Shown here: in pieces, positions 1 through 10,285 of the stretch
Position numbering within the stretch: the stretch's first letter is position 1
How the letters are laid out: each line of letters begins with the position of its first letter
Assembly (NCBI GenBank): GCA_963740085.1
Contig: CAVUCU010000004.1
Span: 352,001-416,000 of the forward strand
DNA from: Nitrospirota bacterium
GTDB taxonomy: Bacteria > Nitrospirota > UBA9217
Direction: 5' to 3'
Length of the DNA: 64,000 nt
Made by a program: the position numbers and the translations under genes
Notes under the pieces: model-generated
Databases searched by the model: none
The model's input: the letters and a program-made list of their open reading frames with translations, nothing else
Told to the model about the DNA's origin: nothing

Positions 1-40
1 CGGAAAACGAACCTGTTAAGGTTCTTCTCCGGGTTTTTTT
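1..40 (+). terminator. Hairpin plus U-tract directly upstream of the VPLPA-CTERM gene; possible attenuator of an upstream leader that is cut off by the window edge
   Basis: GAACC-TGTTAA-GGTTC core stem with partial outer pairing, followed by GGGTTTTTTT about 25 nt before the start codon. Confidence 0.4.
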
Positions 41-66
41 AATTTATGAATAAAAGGAGAAGTGCA

Positions 67-774
67 ATGAAAAGGGTAATGGTAACAATGATGGCAGTTA
101 TGTTCACGCTAATGCTGATGTCAGCGCCCCAGTCTGCACATGCGGATCTTGTCATCAGCCAGATCTACGGCGGAGGCGGCGCAACGAGTAGTAACCCGCT
201 GTACAGCAACGATTGGGTCCAGTTGTACAATGACGGGACTACCGCGATTGACCTGACAGGTTACAGCCTCCAGTACGCAAGCGCCACCAATACAACGACG
301 TTTGGGTCATCGAACACGCAGTACCTGTCAGGAACTATCGGAGCCAACAGTTATTTCCTTGTTCAGGAAGGGCGGGGCGCCGGCCTTGACGGCACGGCGC
401 CTGACCCTTTATATGATCAGATTGCGGGAACGGGAACTTTCGCGGGTCTCAATCTGTCCGCTTCCGCGGGCAAACTGGCCCTTTTCAATACGACGGATAC
501 GGGCGCCAGCACCGTTGCAACGTCCGCCAACCTCGTTGATCTCGTCGGCTACGGAACAACGGCAAACTTCAGCCTCTATCCCAAGATGACCGCCAATCTG
601 AGCACCACCACGGCCGCTATTCGTACCACTGATGCCGGCGGCAATACCATCTTTATCGCCGGCACACCTGATCCAAACCCCGTTGCCACCCCGATTCCAG
701 CCGCTGTCTGGTTGTTTGGTTCAGGTCTGATGGGACTGATGGGACTGATGGGACTGAGAAGAAAAGAGAGCTAA
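67..774 (+). CDS. Lamin-tail-domain surface protein with VPLPA/PEP-CTERM-type sorting signal
   Basis: Signal peptide ending AHA; LVISQIYGGGG...NDWVQLYN...IDLTGYSLQY lamin-tail motif; C-terminal TPIPAAVWLFGSGLMGL...RRK; AAGGAG RBS before ATG 67. Confidence 0.85.
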   Translation: MKRVMVTMMAVMFTLMLMSAPQSAHADLVISQIYGGGGATSSNPLYSNDWVQLYNDGTTAIDLTGYSLQYASATNTTTFGSSNTQYLSGTIGANSYFLVQEGRGAGLDGTAPDPLYDQIAGTGTFAGLNLSASAGKLALFNTTDTGASTVATSANLVDLVGYGTTANFSLYPKMTANLSTTTAAIRTTDAGGNTIFIAGTPDPNPVATPIPAAVWLFGSGLMGLMGLMGLRRKES

Positions 775-1007
775 TCAGAGTTTCAGCAAATAGTCAATGC
801 CCTCCAATAATATTAAGGCCATGTTGCCACTGGGGATCACGACTTCCGCTGAACACTGCCCGGACCGGGTTTTGACTCGGTCCGGGTCATATCGTAAGCG
901 AATTCCGGGGTTCGATTTGACGATTGATGCCGGTCGCTGTGCTGACAACTTCATGAACTTGATCGTAATGAATCAAGGCATGCATCATAGGGAGGTTTTA
1001 AAAAAAC

Positions 1008-1190
1008 ATGAATGATCATCTTAACAGAATGCACAACCCGGACAGATCGCCCGCATGCGACGGTCAGCAGACGGTCCTCCTGGTCGATAACGACGATGTA
1101 CGCTTGAAGTACATGTCAGATGTACTGCGCAGGAAGGGCTACGGCGTCGCTGTCTTTTACGATGCAGCATCAGCGCACCATGATAAATAA
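1008..1190 (+). pseudogene. Truncated response-regulator receiver fragment
   Basis: VLLVDNDDVRLKYMSDVLRRKGYGV is a receiver N-terminus; the ORF stops where GC content drops sharply; GGAGG RBS upstream. Confidence 0.6.
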
Positions 1191-1320
1191 TCAATACCAA
1201 TGCATTACTAGCTTGCAATATATGAGGAATTATATTGACTTACGATTAACTAATGTCAATAATGATTAAGTTTTTAATTGACTTAATATATATCAAATGT
1301 GATATAATAAAGGATGAAAA

Positions 1321-1683
1321 GTGAAACTTCGCTTTGAACCTTTTGCTGAGCAAGCCATTCATGACATCATGCAAAATGACCAGAAATTGGGATTCAAAAT
1401 TCTGGCTAGGTTCAAAATGTTGGAAGTTTATCCATTTATTCATTATTTTGGCGAATATACTATTGACTCTGATACTATTGAATTTTTAAAAAAAGAAAAG
1501 TACGACATTAAGAGATTGCGATGTAGTGAATTTGATTTCATTAGAACATTTTACTTCGTGGATGACATAAATGAAGTCGTTATTGTATGCGAAATCATGC
1601 GAAGAGACGAAGATACATATAACCCAGATGCGCCCCATATTGAAAGAATTAAGAAAACCTACGCTAAATATTTTAAAAGATAG
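1321..1683 (+). CDS. RelE/HigB-like toxin candidate
   Basis: 120 aa, low GC; IKRLR...FIRTFYFVD...VVIVCEIMRR matches the RelE/ParE-type pattern; lies upstream of an XRE HTH gene. Confidence 0.55.
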   Translation: MKLRFEPFAEQAIHDIMQNDQKLGFKILARFKMLEVYPFIHYFGEYTIDSDTIEFLKKEKYDIKRLRCSEFDFIRTFYFVDDINEVVIVCEIMRRDEDTYNPDAPHIERIKKTYAKYFKR

Positions 1684-1697
1684 GACACATTAATAAT

Positions 1698-2279
1698 ATG
1701 ATTCTTGCAAAACATAAAAAACGCGAAAAGTCTCCCGTGCACATTCTAGCAGGCTTGCCATTTGTAAGCACACAAACAACGCAAAATTCAGCTATGCACG
1801 AAGTCAATCTCTTGATTCCCGGTTCACCTCTACGGGGTGTTTGTGAGGTTTCATCAGGGACTACTCAGGCTATTTTTTTGAAGAGAAGATTATGGCATCG
1901 AGAGCTTGAAGGATACATTGTACTTGTTCCCGATATAAAACAAATCCAAAGAAGTCAAAGGACAGAATACAACAAATTAACAACTATAGATGATTTAATT
2001 GCGAAATATACTTCGACTCCGGAAGGAAAGACCCTTTGGAATGAAGCTAATGATGAATTAAAGCAGGAGCTATATGCTGAGGTAGTAGCCGGAAAGCTTA
2101 ATAAGGTAAAGTATTATCGTCTTATTAATAATATGGATCAAATCACGCTTGCTAAGCTTACTGGCATTAAGCAGCCTAATATATCGAGAATTGAACAAAG
2201 GGGCTATGAAGCCGATTCAAGTACATATAAAAAGATTGCCAAAGTTTTTAGAATTGATTACAGGGAGTTATTGCCATGA
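1698..2279 (+). CDS. XRE-family helix-turn-helix protein (HigA-like antitoxin candidate)
   Basis: C-terminal RLINNMDQITLAKLTGIKQPNISRIEQ HTH_3 motif with a long N-terminal extension. Confidence 0.75.
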   Translation: MILAKHKKREKSPVHILAGLPFVSTQTTQNSAMHEVNLLIPGSPLRGVCEVSSGTTQAIFLKRRLWHRELEGYIVLVPDIKQIQRSQRTEYNKLTTIDDLIAKYTSTPEGKTLWNEANDELKQELYAEVVAGKLNKVKYYRLINNMDQITLAKLTGIKQPNISRIEQRGYEADSSTYKKIAKVFRIDYRELLP

Positions 2280-2680
2280 CAAAAATTTCTGAAATTGCAT
2301 TCTGGTTAGCGTGTGATGATGTTCGTCAGGAAATTAACGGCAAAGTAACGTTTGTGGGTGTATATGGAGAAGACGTACTAGTTCCTGCTGTACCACTAAG
2401 AGTACCACAATTATGCGTTGTCGTATTTTTAAAGTTAGAAAATATTGCTTTTGATAAGCTTGGTTTTAAAATAGAAGATCCAAATGGAAAAAATATAGCT
2501 GCTCTGAACTTGGTACCCCAAAAAATTGATTTCAAACAAAATAGTGCTAGAGCAATTATTTATCTTTCGCCTTGGGAATGGAAAGAAGCAGGAAAATATA
2601 AGCTTTATGCACAAATTAATGATGCATCAGAACAAGCTTTTGGAGAGATTGAGGTTAAATTAGCTAAACAATCGAGATAA
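2276..2680 (+). CDS. DUF6941-like protein
   Basis: CDDVRQEINGKVTFVGVY motif; ATGA overlap with the XRE gene; homologous to 42914-43324. Confidence 0.6.
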   Translation: MTKISEIAFWLACDDVRQEINGKVTFVGVYGEDVLVPAVPLRVPQLCVVVFLKLENIAFDKLGFKIEDPNGKNIAALNLVPQKIDFKQNSARAIIYLSPWEWKEAGKYKLYAQINDASEQAFGEIEVKLAKQSR

Positions 2681-2936
2681 TCTAATCGTTTGAAATCTGT
2701 CCGATTAGTCGTTTTTATGATACTACTCTTTTATAAGTCAAGCCCTGCTTGCTATTACTGATTGTTTCTATTCATCATATTATTCTCTTACCGTTATTTA
2801 GCGCAGATTATCTCAGAGGTTGTGAAAAACTGAAAAATAATTGTCATTAACACTGATGCCGAGCATGTAGTATTACTTCGATAGATTACGGATACTATTT
2901 TTAGTGTAGAAAATTAAAAAGAAGGGAGGTGAACCA

Positions 2937-4226
2937 ATGGCGAAACACAGAGGCATATACAAGCGTGGTGGCGTTTGGTGGTATCGGTATGCAGACGCAA
3001 GCGGGAAGATTGTTAAATATTCCTCTCGTTCTTCAAAGCAAGCCGATGCAGTGGAGCTACGAGCAAAAGCGACGCTATCCATAAGGGAAGGGAAAAAACC
3101 CGATGCGCCAAAGAAGATTAGGAACTATTCGTTCAATGACCTTGCCGATAAGTATGTCGCATGGATAGAAGATCGGCAAGCATCGGCAGAGATGAAGAGC
3201 TATATCATAGCCCGCTTGAAAGAACGGGAAATCCAGGTATCAGGCGACAATGGCGATATGCAGTCGGTCAAAATTGGCACCTTACCCTTGCGAAGATTCA
3301 ATACATATCTGATTGAACAACTACAGACAGACCTAAAACGTAAGGAACTGAGAGCGCCGAGGAAGAACAGTAAGAAGGTGAATGAACTAACCACTATCAA
3401 CGGCCTGAAGGATTCAAGCTGCAACAGGATATTGAGCACAATAAAGCACATGTTCTCAAAGGCCGTTGAATGGGATATGATAGAGGAAACCACGTTGAAA
3501 AAAATGCGCAAGGTCAAACTTGCCAAAGAGGTGGGCCGGTTGAGGTATCTATCAGCGAAAGAGGCACAAACCCTTGTAAGTGTATGCGAACCTCATTTAC
3601 AGCCGATTGTCATTACCGCTCTGCACACTGGCATGAGGAAAGGGGAAATACTCAACCTCAAATGGGACAACGTAGACATGCAGCATGGTTTTATCTTACT
3701 AGATAAGACTAAGAACGGAGAACGGCGCGAGATACCGATAAATAACACTCTGAGAGAAACGCTAAATAGACTTCCTCGCAATTTCACAGGAGAGAAGGAA
3801 AACCGGCAGCTTGTCCCGTATGTGTTCCATGACCCGAAGACGTACAAACCCTATGGAGGTGTGAAGCACAGTTTTAATTCAGCCGTGAAGCGTGCAGTGA
3901 TAGTTGACTTTCACTTTTACGATCTGAGACACACGTTTGCGAGTCTTGCCATGATGTCCAGTCAGATAGACATAACCACGCTCTCGAAAATCTTAGGTCA
4001 TAAGAGTCTTAAGATGACGATGAAGTACGCCCACCTTGCACCGGCACACTTACAGAAGGCAGTTTTTGTAATGGATGAAGTGTACCGCGTGTCAACTGAC
4101 ACAAAACTGGCACAGTCAAATGAAAAAGGGTTAGTCAATGATGACCAACCCCTTGAAAACTTGGTGGAGCTGAGGGGGATCGAACCCCTGACCCCAAGAC
4201 TGCCAGCCTTGTGCTCTCCCAGCTGA
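2937..4226 (+). CDS. Phage-type tyrosine recombinase/integrase
   Basis: TGMRKGEI, KTKNG, YDLRHTF and LGHKSLKMTMKYAH catalytic motifs; N-terminal arm-binding-like region; abuts the tRNA 3' end. Confidence 0.92.
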   Translation: MAKHRGIYKRGGVWWYRYADASGKIVKYSSRSSKQADAVELRAKATLSIREGKKPDAPKKIRNYSFNDLADKYVAWIEDRQASAEMKSYIIARLKEREIQVSGDNGDMQSVKIGTLPLRRFNTYLIEQLQTDLKRKELRAPRKNSKKVNELTTINGLKDSSCNRILSTIKHMFSKAVEWDMIEETTLKKMRKVKLAKEVGRLRYLSAKEAQTLVSVCEPHLQPIVITALHTGMRKGEILNLKWDNVDMQHGFILLDKTKNGERREIPINNTLRETLNRLPRNFTGEKENRQLVPYVFHDPKTYKPYGGVKHSFNSAVKRAVIVDFHFYDLRHTFASLAMMSSQIDITTLSKILGHKSLKMTMKYAHLAPAHLQKAVFVMDEVYRVSTDTKLAQSNEKGLVNDDQPLENLVELRGIEPLTPRLPALCSPS

Positions 4227-4237
4227 GCTACAGCCCC
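4162..4237 (-). tRNA. tRNA-Ala(GGC)
   Basis: Reverse complement GGGGCTGTAGCTCAGCTGGGAGAGCACAAGGCTGGCAGTCTTGGGGTCAGGGGTTCGATCCCCCTCAGCTCCACCA; 76 nt; anticodon GGC; CCA encoded. Confidence 0.97.
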
Positions 4238-4485
4238 AAATACTACCGTTACGAGGTAATTAATCTAACATCACGAAGTTATGTTGTCAAGATAAAATGA
4301 CAGAATTCATCGTTCGTTGTCGCAGAGGATAACCACAGGTCACGGATTTTCGCGGAGTATTAAAGCAGAAGGCTCCTGCGTTGAGACACCTGGTTGGCGC
4401 CTTTAATCTGCGTCAAGCGTCCGCTTTGCAGATAAGAGAATTAGTGAAAAAATGAATAAAAAAAGTATATAATAGAGGCAATCGT

Positions 4486-6748
4486 ATGAGCGAACCGCAG
4501 GAGAAAAAAGATCCTCAGCCGCCATCCCCGCAGCGCGCCGAGCATGAAGTGCCGCTCGATATGCGGCTCTTGTCCGAAGCCATTATTGAGCTGAATATTT
4601 CCCGAAAGAATGTGGGCATCTACCCTCCAGGCCATATCCAGATCGCCAAAAGCATTGAACGCGCCTACCAGCTCCTCGAAAAAATGTTCGAGATACGGAA
4701 AGAAATGACCCTCGGAGTGGCCAAGGACACCCTGCTGATCGGCAAGGATTACCTTGATCAGAAGAACCCCGTATATCGGGATTTTGCTCTTTCAATGAGC
4801 CAGCAGGGGATCGCATCAGTTACCTTTATCGGCGGCCTGGAAAAGGATGAACTCGTGCGGTTTCACAGGATCCTCGTCACCAAGGCGGAAGATATCAGGG
4901 CTTCGGGTGGAATCGACAAGGTCATGTCCGGGGCGGTTATCCCCCATATCAGGATCCAGTCCATCGATTACAGCAGTTTCCACGTCACCGAGGAACAGGA
5001 GATTTTCAAGACTACCGCCAAGACCGGGGAAGACGAAGGGTCAGGCAGCCATGTGTGGCAGGATTTTGTGACGCACCTCTCAGCAGGCACCCTCGCTGCT
5101 CCGGGGCAGGGGGTGTCGCTGACGGACGCGGAGCATATAGACCCGGCCGAACTTGCACGGCTTCTCAATGAACGCAAGCTGGATACGAACGCCGCAGTAG
5201 AAAGCTATGACAAAATCATCTCAAGCTATGTGCGCGGAACAGCTGAAAAAAAACAAATATCCCAGGAGCAATCGAAGACACTTGCGAACATGAACGCTCT
5301 TTTGAAGCATCTTCACCCGGAGCTGAGAAAACAGTTCCTGTCCGTCGCGTTTAAGAACATTGCGACACGGGCAGGATCTCCGGTTGAGACCGAAGCGGTG
5401 ATCGGGGGATTCACTGACGATATGGTGATAGAGATGCTGGGAGCGGCAAGCGCCGAGGGGCGGGAAATATCTCCGACGCTCGCAGGTCTCGTGGACAAGC
5501 TTGCTCAGGCTCAGACCGAAGGACGGGAGGGACAGCCGGGAAACAGAAAGCAGCCGGCGAAGGGGTTCATTGCCCCCGCTTTTCAGATGGAACATATGCA
5601 GAAGCTGTTTGACCGTGAAAAGTACGAAGAGTATGTGTCTGACGATTATCAATTGATGCTTAAGACGTTGTCCGAGAGCTCTCCGGCAGTGGTTGAACCC
5701 TTCCCGCTGGCAGACCAGCTGCAATCGCTGGAGGACGAGCACCTCGATTTTCAGATCGGCCGGGCGCTTCTCGCTTTTTTGGAAGAGGATATCGATGAAG
5801 AGGACTATAAGGAGTTCGCTCAAAAAATCGTGGCCATTATGCCCCAATTCCTTGAGACCGGCAATTTCGAGATGCTCTGGGATATTTTAGAGACGCTTCG
5901 CAGGCATTCAACGGACAAACCGGTACAAGGCATACGGGAGATAGCATCGGAATCGAGGAAGTTCTTTTTCGATCCGGAATTTATTGCAAAGGCATTGAAC
6001 GCCTTCGACCGATGGATGCGGGAAAAAGGACAAGCGGCCTCCGGCCTGATACAGGCCCTCGGGCCGGATACGATCCCGGGCCTCATGGACATCTACTGCA
6101 ATGACGAAACAGTGGGCGGAAGGAGGATCCTTTTTAACCTGCTGTCCCTTTTCGGGGACCCGGCCGTGCACGAGGCGCAGAAGAGACTGCGTGACCCGCG
6201 GGCGCGACACTGTCCGGAATCTGCTTATTTTAATAGGTCGTGCGGGCAGCGCTGACTCGATCCCCCAGGTAAAATTGTTGCTACGGCACCGGGATCCGAT
6301 GGTGAGGCTCGAAGCGCTCAGCACGCTTCTGAAATTTAAAGACCCGGGAGCGGTAAATCTGCTTCGAAGTGCGATCAATGATAAGGATCCGGACTTTGCC
6401 TATCAAGCCGTCGTCCTGGCGGGACAATTTCGAATTGGGGACGTTACGGAGGATGTCCTGTCGAAGATCAAACGAGTCATACTCTTTGAGACGGATTATG
6501 CCGAGAATGAGGAGATCATCAGGGTACTCGGGAACATTGGAGACGCACGAGCGGTGCCTGAACTTGAAAAACTCGCAAGCGCGACATGGTCCCTCTATCC
6601 CGCCAGCCTCATGCATATGAAGGAAACGATCTATTCGTCGCTTGCGCGATATCCGGGGGAGAAGATCCGCGGTCTCCTCAGGATCGGCGAGAAGCTCAAC
6701 AGCGACACGATCCGCCGGACGTGCAGCCGGCTCGCGGAGAAGCAGTAG
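4486..6748 (+). CDS. HEAT-repeat domain protein, split by a +1 frameshift near 6200
   Basis: ORF 4486-6255 continues into ORF 6101-6748 (DPR/DTVRNLLILIG...DPMVRLEALSTL HEAT repeats); N-terminal IYPPGH motif. Confidence 0.75.
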
Positions 6749-6798
6749 CGACCCGGGGCAGTATGTACGACTCCGGCCTATTTCAGACAGGATGGGAC

Positions 6799-7968
6799 AT
6801 GGCCGACTATGACATTCATGAGGGGCTCTCTCGGGTGATCGCGCAGCTCACTGCCGCTGTCGTGAATACGAGCCTCTACTCGCAGAACCATCCCCAGGTA
6901 GCGCAGTATGTCGAAAAAGCGCATTTCGTTCTGGCGGAGATTCTCCAGAAAAAACCGGAAATAACGCTGCTCCTCATCGGCAACGACCTCATCGCCGATA
7001 ACCGGCAACTGGTGGCAACCGGGTCCGCATCGTATGTGACGAACTTCATCCGTATCCTCAAGAAACGGGCGATCGAGCGCATTACCTTTTCTGAGGGGCT
7101 TCCGAAAGAGGAGCTCCAGAGACTTATTCAGGGCCTTGCCTCTTCGGATACGCTCTCGATACGTTCCACCTCGTTCATCAAGCTCGGCAAGGTGGAACTC
7201 AGGATCAACAAACCTGGCGAACAGCAGTCATTGGCCGACGCAGTTGCCTTGTCGAATGCCGTCGATGTGCCCCAGGAGGTATTCCAGGAGTTGCTTGCAC
7301 TTACCGGGGAGGAGCTCGATCGCCTCAAGGATCTTTACCTTCGCGCCAAACTGCACAAGAAGATCGATGTCCGCAGTGTGGACGACATGGTCAAGGGTTT
7401 TATCCGGGGATTCCGACAGGAGATCAACCCCCTGAGCCTCCTCGCATCACTCAAGTCCGTGAACGAATATACGTTCACCCATGTCACGAATGTTTGTATC
7501 CTTACCATGAGCCTTGCTGAGAATCTTGGTTTTACGGGTGAACACCTGCATCAGATCGGCGTCGCATCGCTCTTGCACGACATCGGAAAGATATTCATCC
7601 CTGATGAGATCCTGAGCAAGCCGGGGATGCTCACACCGGAAGAACGGAGGACTATCGAGACCCATACAGTCAAAGGCGCGCGCTATCTCATGGGAATCGA
7701 GGGGATCCCGAAGTTGTCTGTCCTCGCGGCATTGGAGCACCATCAGAAGTTCGACGGGAACGGATATCCGTCGATCAAGGGCGGATGGACGCCGAATATT
7801 ACAAGCCAGCTGATCAGCGTTGCGGACGTCTTCGATGCCATGAGGAGCCGGCGCTCCTATCAGGAGCCAAAACCCCTGGAATTGATCGAATCCGTGCTGA
7901 CGAAAGGAAAGAGCACATCGTTTAATCCGATGGTCGTTGATCGTTTCCTTAACATGATAAAACGATGA
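6799..7968 (+). CDS. HD-GYP domain phosphodiesterase
   Basis: HDIGK, HHQKFDGNGYP and VADVFDAMRS motifs; start codon uncertain (6763 or 6799). Confidence 0.9.
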   Translation: MADYDIHEGLSRVIAQLTAAVVNTSLYSQNHPQVAQYVEKAHFVLAEILQKKPEITLLLIGNDLIADNRQLVATGSASYVTNFIRILKKRAIERITFSEGLPKEELQRLIQGLASSDTLSIRSTSFIKLGKVELRINKPGEQQSLADAVALSNAVDVPQEVFQELLALTGEELDRLKDLYLRAKLHKKIDVRSVDDMVKGFIRGFRQEINPLSLLASLKSVNEYTFTHVTNVCILTMSLAENLGFTGEHLHQIGVASLLHDIGKIFIPDEILSKPGMLTPEERRTIETHTVKGARYLMGIEGIPKLSVLAALEHHQKFDGNGYPSIKGGWTPNITSQLISVADVFDAMRSRRSYQEPKPLELIESVLTKGKSTSFNPMVVDRFLNMIKR

Positions 7969-7978
7969 GAGGTGCGAT

Positions 7979-8050
7979 AGTTCGGAGTTCGGGGTTTGGA
8001 GTTCGGAGTTAAATAATTAAGACCACCCTGAACCCTGAACCCTGAACCCC
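7979..8050. repeat. Heptamer-repeat palindromic intergenic element, (GGAGTTC)n...(GAACCCT)n
   Basis: Direct reading; lies between convergent genes and is followed by a T-run. Confidence 0.8.
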
Positions 8051-8058
8051 GTCTTTTT

Positions 8059-9454
8059 TTACCAGGAATATACAAGTTCTGCATCTACCTGGTCATTGTG
8101 TGCATACCTTCCGAAAATAGACTGCGGCGGTCCGTTCAGATCGATCGCAAAGATCCCTGCCTTCCATGAATCCGTGAACACATACCAGGCATTCGCTTTA
8201 ACCATGGTGGCCCCGTGCTCCGGGTTGTAAGCGATGCTCAGGTTCGTTTCCACCTTCTGGTTCATCCATCCGATCTTAAGATTAGCCCACAGGAGAGTTT
8301 CAGCTCTCCGCTCATAGAGCGTATCAGGCCGATGGATGATGATCGTCTGCTGGGCCTGCATGGTCAGGAGGCCGTCCTCAAAGGGCCGGTAGTCAACGCC
8401 GATCCCATAATCGAGTTCGTCGCTCTTGTGCTCGATAGGATTCAGGGGGGTTGCTCCCGGAGAGGGAATTGGCGGATATCCCCATAGTTCGCGCCTGATA
8501 TTGTAATAGCGGTTCATGATGTATGCGGCCTCTGCCCTGATGCTCCAGTCTCCCGTTACCGCTGCCGTGTCAAATCCTATTGAGGTGATCTTGTGAAAAT
8601 CAGGTGTATACCCGGGATCGATCAGTACCTCTCCCGGCCGGGGATCGATCACGAGCGCGGTGGTCCTGAATACCGGCTTCGGATCGTAGCCATGGAAAAA
8701 GTTGAGGGTCCACTCGACATTTCCCGAGCGCCGCATCGCGAAGGCCGATGCTGCTGTTCCCGATGGTTCGCGGCGGCAGATCCGGTTCAGCCGGGACGAT
8801 CTCGGCATTCGGGATCTGTGAAAGCGCGGCTGCGCTCGATATGCCCGACCATCGCTCATTCGGCAGGGGCAGGCGATAGGGAACGAAGACCGGGACCCAG
8901 ACCGTATCAAGGGTCCAGTCTCCTTTATTCATTGACGCCGAGACCGACGGCACGCCGATCTTCCGGTCTTCGAGCGGTTTTCTGAGGAACTGCGTATAGT
9001 CCCAGGGATTGAGAAGGTCGTTCGACGGGTACTCGTCGAGCCTGCCCCAGGCAAAGCGCTGGATGCCGGCTCGTACGTCAATGTCTCCCGCCGTGCGCGA
9101 GACATACAACTCCTTGAAATCGAGATAGGGCGTGTTGCTCTGGTATACTTCATCGTAGTTCTTGAAAAGTTGCCTGTCCCGTGCCGGACGAGCCACGGTC
9201 CCGTCCCATCCTCCTTCGAGCCAGGAGTGGAATCGCCACGCGGACCGAGAGGTGTCGACCTTGATCCGTCCCGTCAAACTCGGTTCTTCCTTTACGCTGT
9301 CGCTGTTCTGCGCCGCAACTCCCCGCAGGTCCAGACGGCCGGAGGTGGAGTAATATTCCTCGGCGAGAGAAGGGGAGGCGATAGAAAGAAGAAAATAGAG
9401 GATTAAAGCTGATTTATGCCAGGAAGCAAATAGCTGATTTGATTTAATCTTCAT
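8059..9454 (-). CDS. Outer-membrane beta-barrel protein (DUF1302-like), split by a +1 frameshift near 8735
   Basis: Signal peptide; KELYV...RAGIQRFAWGRLD motif; C-terminal ELVYSW; ORFs 8600-9454 and 8059-8910 join. Confidence 0.7.
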
Positions 9455-9582
9455 AATTTACTGATGATCTATTTTCCCATTGGTGGTTTCAACTGCACAT
9501 CCGCAATTTCCGTAACCGATTGAACAACGGATTAAAGCGACCTGAATCCGTCTCAACCCGTATTTGCCGGGCACCTGTATTC

Positions 9583-9990
9583 TCACAACCGCTTTTCACG
9601 TACCCACGCTATTATCCACCCTGCTACGTCCTCCCAGCCTTCTTCCAACATCATCCCATGCCCCCTGTTCGGGAAGATTATGGCCTGAGAGTTAAAGGCG
9701 CGCGCCGTGGCTTCGACCTGACCCGGTCATAAATACCTATCATTGGCTGCACCCATGACCAACATCGGTGTCGAGATGAGCTCCGGTTTCGGCAGATTCA
9801 AGAACAGCATATCAGGAAAGCCCCGAAACGATTCGTCCGACATGCGCGCCTGGTAGTCACGTACCTTCTCTTCTGACATACCGACCGAGAAGAACAGGTC
9901 GCGAGCCAGGCAGGCGTGCTGACAAGCGGATAGAGACTCAAGGTGATATTTGCCTTTCGAAATAGCAATGAATGCCGCCATAAAGTGCGT
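9583..9990 (-). pseudogene. Alpha/beta-hydrolase C-terminal remnant
   Basis: PMLVMGAANDR, then a frame change to GQVEATARAFNSQAIIFPNRGHGMMLEEGWEDVAGWIIAW-stop; N-terminal half missing. Confidence 0.65.
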
Positions 9991-10029
9991 AACGCTATTT
10001 GCAATAAACCCTGGGGTGGTACAGAGGCG

Positions 10030-10267
10030 ACAGCAAGACGGCAGTTGGCCCTGCAATCAGTGCCATATGGGGAAGCCCCATTACGAGATCAAGGGCTGCC
10101 TCACCTGTCATAAGAACCCCCATACGCCTTTGAATATATCTTTCACGGGTAAGATTACGGATGCATGTCTCACCTGCCATACGAAGGAGAACGATCAACT
10201 CAAGCAATACAAGAGCAAGCAAAACGCCGCTCAGGGGACGTGCGGCCGGGGAGTGAAAACATTTTGA
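10030..10267 (+). pseudogene. Multiheme cytochrome c internal fragment
   Basis: CNQCH, CLTCH and CLTCH heme-binding motifs; no signal peptide or credible start. Confidence 0.7.
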
Positions 10268-10285
10268 TCCTGCCTTGACCAGAAA

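Larger units (their letters stand above)
1..4200. mobile_element. Right end of an integrative element/genomic island inserted at tRNA-Ala; the other boundary probably lies outside the window
   Basis: Integrase adjacent to the tRNA 3' end; low-GC cargo at about 1190-2900; no second att copy seen in the window. Confidence 0.65.

Noticed and set aside
797-1015. 72-aa ORF after the VPLPA-CTERM gene
   Set aside because: No RBS or motif; overlaps a hairpin (CCCGGACCG...CGGTCCGGG) and the upstream region of the receiver fragment
1-4226. Intact prophage
   Set aside because: No structural, packaging or replication genes in the window; only an integrase and cargo are visible
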